Origin: Azolla caroliniana | Taxonomy: Eukaryota; Plantae; Polypodiophyta | Reading direction: 5' to 3' | Length of the DNA stretch: 13,943 nucleotides | NCBI GenBank assembly: GCA_043228905.1 | Contig: JBHGNT010000914.1 | Coordinates: 1-13,943 of the forward strand | Shown: one piece after another, positions 1 to 10,712 of the stretch | Layout of the letters: each line of letters starts with the position of its first letter | Position numbering within the stretch: the first letter of the stretch is position 1 | Notes under the pieces: model-generated | Databases searched by the model: none | Told to the model about the DNA's origin: nothing | The model's input: the letters and a program-made list of their open reading frames with translations, nothing else | Translations under genes and position numbers: made by a program

Positions 1-1368
1 AACGGTTTGCTCTACCGTAATGGGAAGGTTTGTGTTCCAGATTTACCCGAGGTCAAAAAGAGGATTCTTTTTTAATGCCATGATGCACCCTCACCAGGGC
101 ACCCTGGAATACATCGTACACTCATTCTCATCTCCACTCAATTTTATTGGCCTAAGATGCGTCCTGACATACATAGCTATGTGACTAAATGTCACCAGTG
201 TTAGGTTAACAAAGCCGAGCGACTTAAAGCCGCAGGACTTTTACATCCCTTGGACATTCCCAATAATAAGTGGGAAAGTATATCCATGGATTTTATTGTT
301 AGCCTTCCTCGCACCCAAAAAGGTCATGATGCCATTTGGGTTGTCGTTGATCAACTAACTAAAATGGCCAGATTTATTGCTACTAAAACCACGGTAACAG
401 CTCCTGAATTGGCTTACCAATTTGTTGACGAATTGTTTCGTTTTTATGGGTTACCGATGGATATCATGAGTGATCGAGATCCAAAGTTTACTAGTGACTT
501 CTGGACACAAGTCTTTAAGAAGTTAGAAACTACGTTGAGCATGAGCTCCACGGATCATCCTTAATCCGATGGACAAATAGAACGAGTAAATCAAATTATT
601 GAGGACATGCTTCGAGCATACGTTGGTGCAAAACCAACAAAATGGGAACGTTATCTCCCAATTTTGGAGTTTGCTTATAATAGCTCCAAGCATACGTCGA
701 CCGGATATAGTCCTTTTATGTTGATGTATGGTTTTCAGCCACGAGCCCCGATTGATGTTAATATACATCATGATGAGTTGCGAAGTACGCAAAACTTTCT
801 TCGGGATATGCAAGATATGTTGCATATTGCACGAGATAATATAAAAACAGCTCAAGATAGAGCGCGTTTTTATGCCGATCATCATAGGCAACCTCGTGTA
901 TTCAACCCTGGATAGAAGGTATTTTTACGTGTACCTCACAATTCTAAGACATTGTCTACGGGTAAGTGCGCTAAGTTAGCCCCACAGTTTTGTGGACCTT
1001 TTACAGTCCTCAAACGCATTGGGTCATCAGCCTATCGTCTCGCTCTTCCCGATGGTGTCGGAATTCATCGAGTCTTTCATGTGAGTCGTCTAAAAGAACT
1101 TCTAGGTTCTGGCGACAATACAGTTACGACTGAAACTTTGGTTACTTCTGAAGAATTATCTTCTAAACCACATGTACCAGAAAGAATTCTCGATGTTAAA
1201 ACAAAAAAATTACGTACTAAAGAAATCCGAGAATTTAAAATAAAATGGATGGATAAATCAATAAAAGATGCCACATGGGAACGCGAAAATACTCTTAGAA
1301 CTAACTTCCCTAACTTTCCATTGCAAGAGTGCAATGTTTTAAAGAGGGGGAGTATGTTACGGGCATGA
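1..1368 (+). pseudogene. pol: gypsy pol C-terminus: integrase (HHCC, D,D35E, GPF/Y) and chromodomain, with 4 premature stops
   Basis: One continuous frame: CHDAPSPGHPG...CHQC (HHCC), WESISMDF, SDRD-x-IE with exactly 35 residues between D and E, EFAYN, GYSPF, FCGPF, VFHVSRLK, PERILD..IKW..DATWE..FP. In-frame stops at 73-75, 202-204, 562-564 and 913-915 split it into the listed ORFs 250-564, 607-915 and 952-1368. No frameshifts seen. Confidence 0.95.
1341..1352 (+). other. Polypurine tract (plus-strand primer) of the gypsy element
   Basis: AAAGAGGGGGAG lies 2 nt upstream of the LTR-initial TGT. Confidence 0.9.
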
Positions 1369-1806
1369 CCATATAATATCCCGTGGTAAGAATTTACCGT
1401 AGTATTCTATCCACATGGATAAGTGTGAGGGTTAAACGAGAGTGTAAAGAAGGGGAGGATTACTTTTAATCCTCGGGATTGAGACAACCCATTAGGTCAA
1501 GTGTGAACTTGCCTGGGAGCCTTGGGTATCGCTATAAATAAGAGGCCTACCTACCCTCATTTGATCATCTTTTGACTACATCGAGACTCTGCTCTTGTGG
1601 TGGGTCTCTTGTAGCGAGCGCGCCAGCACCAGGTACGACTCGACGCCACGGCGGTGGTATGGGACGCCGATCGAGGCTCGAGTCCGTCTCGATCCCTTCG
1701 CTCAGGGGTGGTCGGGTGGATCGGCACCCTTCTTTCTCTTTCTCCTTTCTATCTATCATTTGTTTATCCTTATCTTAAGCTTACTTTAGTACTTAGATCT
1801 ATAATA
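1355..1806 (+). repeat. 3' LTR of the gypsy element (~452 bp)
   Basis: Starts TGTTAC after the PPT, has TATAAATA at 1533-1540, a GC-rich R/U5 and a pyrimidine-rich tail. End placed at ATAATA (1801-1806), read as a C>T-decayed ATAACA complementary to the start; an open LINE-ORF1-like frame begins immediately after. The start is firm, the end is inferred. Confidence 0.75.
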
Positions 1807-2068
1807 GGTGCCAAAGGTGATAGACTTGCAATCAGATGTTAGGATGCATCCAGAATTTAAAGGTTGTATGACAAGATCAAGAACTAAGAGCATGGTTGTC
1901 ATTGGTGGTAGTGCATGTGTAAATCATGAGGAAGAACATACTCGATTGAGCATACATAAGTCTATTGTAAACAAATCCACTAATAAGATGGTTGCTAAAG
2001 GCTTGAGAATTTCAACACAAGCATGTGAGCTGAAGAAACATTCGGGGGAGAGTAAATGTAAGGTTTAA
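1807..2068 (+). pseudogene. Probable C-terminal fragment of LINE ORF1
   Basis: Stop-free, basic 86-codon frame running from the inferred LTR end to a stop 19 nt before the ORF2 ATG (2088). Assigned by position only; no diagnostic motif. Confidence 0.5.
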
Positions 2069-2627
2069 AAAAAGTTATTATTAACATATGGATAATTTTT
2101 TGGTGCTATCATGGAACGTGCAAGGATTAGGAGGTGTTTTATGTAGAAGATTCAAGGCTAGAATACGTAGGGAACTTCATAAATTTCAGGTTGGAAGTTG
2201 CGATTTGATTATGTTACAAGAACACCATTTAGATGCAAGTGAAATACAGTCTTATGGTAATATGCTTCGTGGTGATTTGAGGTATTATTGGATTCCGGCA
2301 TGTGGACAGTCGGAAAATAAAGGTGGTGTATGTATGATGCTTAGTGATAAATGGATGCAATTTATTCTTCATTCCCAACAAGTGGTGGAAGGAACGTTTC
2401 ATTATCTACTCCTTAAAATTAGTGATGTTGTTTATAGTTTTTTGAACATTTATGCACCAAATGTTAGGGGTGCTCGTAAGGGTTTCTGGACACAAATTGT
2501 CCAACAATTTCCACATGTTGATCCTTGGTGCATGGGCGGTGATTTTAATATGATTGACACAACATGGGATAGAGTGGGTGGTTCTAATGTTGTTCTTGTT
2601 AGGATTTTGGTCCCTCCAGATGGGATA

Positions 2628-2763
2628 TGAGAACCTGGCAATGCAGACCCGATGAGAACTGGATGATGAGTACACGGTATGGAAGACCCGATGAGAACCA
2701 AATGATGAGTACCCGGCAAGGAAGACCTGGTGAGAACCGGATGACGCAGGCCCGGTGAGAACC
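2628..2763 (+). repeat. Tandem U3 repeats inside the solo LTR (TGAGAAC core, 25/39/39/25-bp spacing)
   Basis: TGAGAAC at 2628, 2653, 2692, 2731 and 2756; 39-bp units beginning GACC at 2646, 2685 and 2724. Confidence 0.9.
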
Positions 2764-2975
2764 TCTCACTAGATGAAGGGACATATCTGGAAATATGTTT
2801 CTGAGAGCCCATTGGGGCTATATCTGTAAATAGTCCTAATGTCATATTAGTATAAATATGACCTAGGGCAAACAGAGTGATGTGTGTGTGTATCATTGTG
2901 TTGTCATTGTTTTGTATAGTGGTATTGGTGTAACTATTGTACAAAGTGTAACAAAAGAAGAGGAAGAGGAAGAGC

Positions 2976-2999
2976 GAGAGAGAGAGAGAGAGAGAGAGA
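2976..2999. repeat. (GA)12 microsatellite within the solo LTR
   Basis: Direct reading; preceded by GAAGAG repeats. Confidence 0.95.
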
Positions 3000-5900
3000 C
3001 AAAAACAAAGTAAGTCTCTGTTGTAACCACCACCTAGCGAAGAGAGAGTGAGCACGAGGTCGTTGCCTCTATGCCCCCTGTTGTATTCTTTCTACGTAGT
3101 GATAGTTTGGAGTATGTGGGCTCCCGTGGTTTTTCCCGTTCAGGGTTTCCACGTTAACATCTTGTGCATTCTCTTCTGTTTGTGTATTTACTTCCATTTC
3201 TCATTCTGCTTTCTGTGTTTGATTATCATCAAGTGATCTAAGTCTCGGTTGTGGCCAAAGATTATTCCGCATATTCTCGTCAGTTCTTACAAGCTGTGAA
3301 TTGGTGTCGTGGGAGAGGTTATGCTTCATGTTGAGGATACAAGATGCTTGGCACCTCCCCTCATTTCATAGACTTAGTGGCTCATTATAGTTTTCTAGAT
3401 CCGATAGGTGTCAATTAGGAGTTAATCTATCTCGGCTAGATAGGATATATATGTAGATGATTATTTTAATGATATTGGAGGAGAAGTTGGGATTATTGGG
3501 GGTTCTCTATTTTCTGACCATGCTCCGGTGATTTTGAAGTTGTTTAGCATTTAAAAACATAAAAGGTTTTCCACGAAAATTCCTAATATATCCTTCTTTT
3601 CGAATGATATTTTTAGAAGAAGTTTTGGGTATATGGAATTATGAGATGGGGACTCAACTATCTATAGTTTCTAAGGTACAAAAGGCTTTGTATTTAATTG
3701 CTGAATTTTTTAAGGATAAAGCGTTGTTGCAATTACACTAGGCCAAACAAAAGATGTTACCTTCTAGGTGGATGATTGTTGCTCTTCAAAAACTACAAGA
3801 GAAGAACCCACGAGCTATGTGGGTTGGAGCTGAATTGCATCGAACACATGCTGAGATGCAACAATTTGAGGATGTTATAGCTCAACACAAATTTCGTGCA
3901 TCCTCGGCGAAATGGTCTCATCTTGCAAATAAGGTTAATGCTGATTTTTTCATGTAAATAAAATTGGTCATACTAAGAATGTAATGAGGCAATTAGAGAG
4001 AGATGATGGAACATTAACATCGAATGATGTTGAGATGAGGAGAATTGCCTCATACTTCTATAAATCTTTGCTAACTAGGCAATCATTTACGCATGAGCAA
4101 TTGGCCTTAAGATCTACATTATGGTGTGTTATGAAGAAGAAAGTTAATCTTTCTATGGTTAATGAATTAGTTAAACCTTTTAATGTGCATGAGGTGTATG
4201 CTACAATTAAGGCCTTAGGTAAGAATGTATGTCCTGGCATTGATGGTTTTCCTCCTGAATTTTTTCCTTGCTATTGGGATCACATTAGAATCAGTGTAAT
4301 AGAAGCGTTACAAGAGGTTTTTACTTTGGGTGATATGCCTTATCAATGGAATGCAGGGTTAATTTTTTTTATTCCTAAATTGGAGGGGGTAGTAGTTGAC
4401 ATTAAGAAGTGGCAGCCTATAAGATTTATGCTAGAGTCTTTGCTTTACGTATGCAACCGTTATTAAATGATATTATTCAAAATCGCAAACGGGTTTTATG
4501 CAAGAGCGTTCTATTTTTTATAATATTTTCATGTTTTGGGAGCTTACAACTTTGGCAAAAGAGAAGGATGTTGACCTAGTGGTGCTATTATTGGACTTCG
4601 AAAAGGCATACGATAGAGTTGATTGGTCTTTCCTCGAGGAAGTTATGTTACAACTAGGATTTCCAATGGCTTGGGTAGTGGCGGTAAGAGCCTTGTATAA
4701 GAATGTGTCTAGCTCCGTATATGTGGCGGGAGAAGTTGGTGCTCCCTCTATTTCAACGTCAATTAGGCAAGGGTGTCCATTGGCCCCTTTCCTATACTTA
4801 TTAATAGTTGAGGCTTTTCATGTGTATTTTAATAATCATGCATTAAGAATTAAAGGGTTGCAATAGGGATTAGATAATAAGCAAGTGCTTGATAATGAAT
4901 TTGTTGATGATACAGCTTTATATGTGGATGGGGGGGAATAGAATTTGCGTAATGTTCAATGCGTGGTGCAAGAATTTTGTGAGCTATCAGGTGCTATTAT
5001 AAATTGGAATAAGTCCATTGGAATAAGAATGAAGAATAATAGAGTTGCACATTGGTTGCCCCATCAGGATTTTCAATGGCTTCAACATGGGAGGTAAGTA
5101 CGATATGTTATTTTGGTCTTCGAGGCATTTATCATTGGCTGGAAGAATTGTAATTGCTAATCAAGTGTTTATGTCTTCGATGTGGTATATCCTCTCATCT
5201 TGGTTGTTTTCAATATTTGTTCTATCTCAGGTACAAAGGCTTGTCCGCAATTTCTTATGAGGTGCATCTGATGCAAATGTAAGATCTAAAGTTGTGTAGA
5301 AGGTAATAATATCTCCTCCTCATGAGAGCGGATTAGGGTTGATAGACCCAATGTTTCAATGTAGAGCATTATTTGGGAAATTTGTTGTGAGAAGTATGAT
5401 GTTAGGGAATGAGCCATGGAAGTTGTTACTTCATGAACGTATGAAGGAATTGGTTCCGTTTGGAGGTGGACATTGGAAGCGAAATATGAGGTGGTGGTTT
5501 GTGCAAGAGGGTATGCCTTTGACTTCTATTTTCACTTCGGATAAATTTTTTAACTCTTTGTTAAGAGCTTGGAAATGTTTGTTGCCTAATCTTGTGCATA
5601 AACATCCTATATGGGAGGACGAGTGGAAAAGGCAACCAATTTGCTGGAACCCCTTGATTAGGGATGATTATGGTAATATGTTGGGAAGGACCAGATTAAA
5701 TTGGGCGGCGGTTGATGAGGCATTTGCGGCTAATGTTGGTACTTGGTTAAACTTTAATTAATCCTTTAGGGATGTTAAGAAACAAGTTTTGAAATCAATA
5801 AGAGGTGGTACATTAATGTTCCGAGAGATAAGTAACGCTTGTAATAGGATTTTGCCTTCTTTTTTTAATTCAAACCATGTATGGTACAGGGGCAAGAGCT

Positions 5901-7041
5901 TACACATCAAATGAATCGTTCTTAGCATATATAATAGTTTCAGAGGGAAAATTGCAATGGGTTTCTATGGAGGATGACCTTCTAAATTTAGTGGAGTGGA
6001 AACCTATTAGGGTGATTGCAAAAACATGGAAGGTATGTATTATTGATCCCCATCCTGAAAAAGTAAACCCTTTATGGGATATTTGGGTTTGTGGTAGTAA
6101 GCCCTTATTGGAGTTAGAGTGGGATCCAACGGAATGGTGGTGGAGAGATGTTAATGGTAAGATGGTTTCTTTCTTTGACTACTATGTAAAATTAGGTAGG
6201 GAATTCCAATGACGGAGGAATCCAGTTATGCCGGTTGCAGCTAAGGTATGGTTAAATAATAATATTCTTATGCATTTAGTATTGGCATTTTGGAAATGGT
6301 TGTTGGCTCTATAGATTCCTCACAAAATCATTACATTTAGATGGTTATGTGTCCATTATGCACTTCTAGTCTTGGAATGGATGCATAGGGAAAAGAGAAC
6401 CAAAACTTGCTCTTTTTGTGGGCTTCATTTGGAATCAATGAAACATGCCTTATGGACCTGTATGGCTGCATGTTCTGTTTGGAAACGTATGTTGCACCTC
6501 ATTGATGTTGCATATGGACCTAATGTGATTACATGGGGAAATGTCTTTTGGATGGATGTAAATGTGGATAAGCATAATTATGAAAGAGAAAAGATAATAT
6601 TTGCCCTTCAAACTAGGGGAAGGCAAGTTAAGGACATACCATACTCAAGCTCAAATCGGTTGAATGTAGATGCCACAGTATGGGCTACGATACCATCAGT
6701 GGTTCTATGGAATATTTGGATAGATCGATGCAAAAATGTGTTTCAGCAAATAAAGCAAAATCCTATTCATTGTGTGAAGGAAATTTGGTCGATGCTTATC
6801 TCAATTTTAAAAGGTCAATATCACTCCTTCACTAGTAATGAAGATATGATTTTTCTGAAACAACAATCCTTTAAATGCAAGTGGAAGGATTTGTTCGTTT
6901 TTGTGAGAGAAATGACAAAATGGATTGGCAATATGTACCCCCTTGATGGTTGTTTCCTCCATGAACCCACCACTAGATTGTATCATTATATGTCTTGTAT
7001 ACGCTTATTGGATTGGTAATGGAAACTATGGTGTAGATTAA

Positions 7042-7065
7042 ATTATTATTATTATTATTATTATT
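7042..7065 (+). repeat. (ATT)8 microsatellite, candidate LINE 3' tail
   Basis: The repeat is read directly; it sits just after the end of ORF2 homology. The tail role is inferred. Confidence 0.8.
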
Positions 7066-8438
7066 TAAAAACAATATGCATGTTATTTGAACATATATAT
7101 GGAAGATAAATGAGTAAGCTCATATGTTCATAAACTTGGCATCACAAGCTCAAACATTGTAATTTCATGATTGATCAAGGTATATTTCAAATGAAAAACT
7201 TCATTATACAAGAGAGTAGAAATAATGTATAATCACTACTTATATAATGTATATATGGGGCAAACAAATTTTTTATATGTGTAGCTTATTTGCAAAGGAA
7301 GGTGGAGCAATTTGAAGATAAGGAAAGGCAAATAAAGTTATAAATATTGGACAAACAAATATTCTATTCCTCTATTGATTGTGGGGTTCATGGATAGTGG
7401 AATGTCTATGAATAGTTTGACTACTTGAAGATAGGTAAGCTGCAAATGTTGAATGGTTTGGAATTTGTCAATGCCAAATTTGGAACTAATATGTTGACCT
7501 CGTTCTTGCCATATTAAAGCACGTGCAATGACAAGTTAGAGTGAGAATTGAAGGATAGAGAAAGTAAGAGAGGACATAATGAACAATCATTACATAGGAG
7601 AACTAATCAATAGCAAAAGAAGCGGAAGAACAAGACACATGTTCTTAAATGATTACAAGAATGAATGTACACAAGAACACGAAAAACAAGGATAATAGAA
7701 GCTTATTGTTATCTTCAAATAGCTTAGCTTAGAGATTTCATTCATGTTTCTGATGTGGAATTCTCAATTGCATTACTCAAAACTTACACGTAAGTTCAAA
7801 ACACTAAAAACACTCATTCTCTACACAAAAGATTGAGCATTTAGTAACTTCATTTTGGGATTCTATCACGATTACAATTATTTAGTTATTTTTTATGCTT
7901 ACTGTTTTATACTTTTTGACATGAAATAAGCAACATGTAACATATGGAAAGCATTTGAATGTTAGTGTGTAGGCTACACTTCTTATGTTTAATGGCAAGT
8001 TCATGGGTAGATTCTCATTTGTATAGTTCTGAAGAAATCAAACTTTGGGAGAAGGGTAAAACCCCTATCTTTAAAGGGTTTTTGTGACCTTCAAATATAT
8101 ACGTTGATAGGAATACTTGTTTTTCACTTAAGTAATATGACTAACAGTTGATGAAACTACCATTGGGCAGTCTTAAAAAAAGTCATCATATGTTTGCGAT
8201 AGCTATTTGAAACACAAATGAAAATAGTTAACTTTGAGGTTATGAATATTAATTGCGTAAAATATGATGTTTTTATTGTATATGTGGGCCGTTTATGGAA
8301 ATGGAATCTCTAGTGTGGTTTGGGCCCAAGGTGTAGCCCTTTGTGTGTGTAACAAAATTCAATTTATATTTTATAAGCTCAAGAATATGCTAACTTTTCC
8401 ATGAAAGAAGCTTTTTGTTTCTGCTCTCATGAGTGGAG

Positions 8439-8872
8439 TTGACCTTGACCTATAAGAGATTAGTCACTAGTGAAAAACATGTCACTAGACTCTACATGGG
8501 AAGAATGATTAAGAGTGAGTCAAAAAGAGTAGGGTAAAAAGTTGGAGAATCTTAAAGTTATTCAAGCCACAACCGACCTTTATCTTTGTTTTGATGGTGG
8601 ACAGTGTGTTCCCTAATTATTTCACATGCATAATATGTCATCACTTGTAAAATATTTGCATTGAATGATGTGGATCATAGATCGAGTGGAGTTTGATGGG
8701 CACTAAGGAGAATTATTTAAAAAAACACAACAAAGTGTTATGTTATTAGTAGTAAATTAGCTATGTGATGGTGGAGACAAATTGGTCATGGTCAAAAGTT
8801 AGGCTTAAGCCCAATTAAAATAAGTAGTTTCATGATGCCATCATGGTGAGGATGGGCCATGGCTTCCACCAT

Positions 8873-8953
<81 letters not shown>

Positions 8954-8998
8954 ATTTGAAAGGACCCCTTCATTATGAGGAAGAAACAGTGAAGTCAA
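8439..8998. promoter_or_regulatory. Cluster of five W-boxes (TTGACY) upstream of the peroxidase
   Basis: TTGACC-TTGACC tandem at 8439-8450; reverse-strand copies AGTCAA 8518-8523, GGTCAA 8790-8795 and AGTCAA 8993-8998. Motifs are seen directly; function is untested. Confidence 0.45.
8879..8952. repeat. Compound microsatellite (TG)26(AG)11
   Basis: TG run 8879-8930 joined directly to AG run 8931-8952. Confidence 0.97.
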
Positions 8999-9004
8999 TT
9001 TTGC

Positions 9005-9011
9005 TATAAAA
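9005..9011 (+). promoter_or_regulatory. Putative TATA box of the peroxidase gene
   Basis: CTATAAAA about 135 nt upstream of the ATG at 9141, followed by an A/C-rich leader-like sequence. Confidence 0.65.
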
Positions 9012-9140
9012 AGGATGAGGGCTCATTCCATGAAGAACACGTCAATTACAATTAAAGTCTTAGACATAAGTTCATAACATAAGCTCAATATTTATTATCA
9101 TCTACCATCAATCAACGCTACTCCAATTTAATATACTAAC

Positions 9141-10712
<1,572 letters not shown>

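Larger units (their letters stand above)
1..1806 (+). mobile_element. Ty3/gypsy chromovirus LTR retrotransposon, 3' portion (5' part lies outside the window)
   Basis: Integrase plus chromodomain in frame 1, followed by polypurine tract AAAGAGGGGGAG (1341-1352), TA, then TGTTAC (1355) opening an LTR with TATAAATA at 1533. The right boundary is inferred (see LTR entry). Confidence 0.93.
2597..3282 (+). mobile_element. Solo LTR (686 bp), probably Ty1/copia-derived, with 5-bp target-site duplication GTTCT
   Basis: Begins TGTTAGG (2597), ends ..CGTCA (3282), with GTTCT at both 2592-2596 and 3283-3287. Removing it plus one TSD restores the endonuclease frame (..DRVGGSNVVL|TSCELVSWERL..). Internal TATAAATA at 2851-2858. 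No PBS, PPT or coding sequence. The copia assignment rests on my recollection that CCCGTGGTTTTTCCC..GGGTTTCCACG (3123-3153) is typical of plant copia LTRs. Confidence 0.92.
2088..7019 (+). pseudogene. LINE ORF2 (APE endonuclease - reverse transcriptase - CCHC/zf-RVT), multiple stops, frameshifts and deletions
   Basis: EN: SWNVQGL, LQEHH, NIYAPN, GGDFN, then after the insertion SRLDRIY (~3430-3450) and SDHAPV (3513-3530). RT: PGIDGFPPEFF, IPK, LDFEKAYDRVDW, IRQGCPLAP, FVDD (4900-4911), SGAIINWNKS, LSLAGRIV. CCHC: CSFC-x8-H-x4-C (6408-6461). Confidence 0.93.
1807..7065 (+). mobile_element. Degenerate L1-clade non-LTR retrotransposon (LINE), interrupted by a solo LTR
   Basis: Collinear APE endonuclease, reverse transcriptase and C-terminal CCHC motifs in fragmented ORFs, ending near an (ATT)8 run at 7042-7065. 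The 5' end is cut by the gypsy element. Confidence 0.92.

Noticed and set aside
523-1334. Antisense ORFs 523-891 and 1077-1334
   Set aside because: Shadows of the integrase frame with no recognisable features.
1565-1842. Four overlapping short ORFs in the gypsy LTR
   Set aside because: Explained by stop-codon scarcity in a GC-rich LTR segment.
2646-2745. Hammerhead ribozyme / retrozyme (CCGATGAG and GATGAG resemble CUGAUGA)
   Set aside because: No true CUGANGA box, no downstream GAAA and no closing stems.
2628-2763. CRISPR-like regularly spaced repeats
   Set aside because: The 'spacers' are similar to each other, the core is only 7 bp, there are no cas genes, and the context is a plant LTR.
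2450-3236. ORFs 2450-3055(-), 2406-2675(-), 2599-2784(-) and 3048-3236(+) as genes
   Set aside because: They cross the LINE/solo-LTR junction or translate microsatellite and tandem repeats (SLSLSL); no protein motifs.
7260-8430. Possible further degenerate TE or LTR remnants between the LINE and the promoter
   Set aside because: Strand-biased composition is suggestive, but I could not find termini, TSDs or protein motifs.
8792-8998. Minus-strand His/Thr-repeat ORF as a metal-binding peptide
   Set aside because: It is simply the translation of the (TG)n(AG)n microsatellite.
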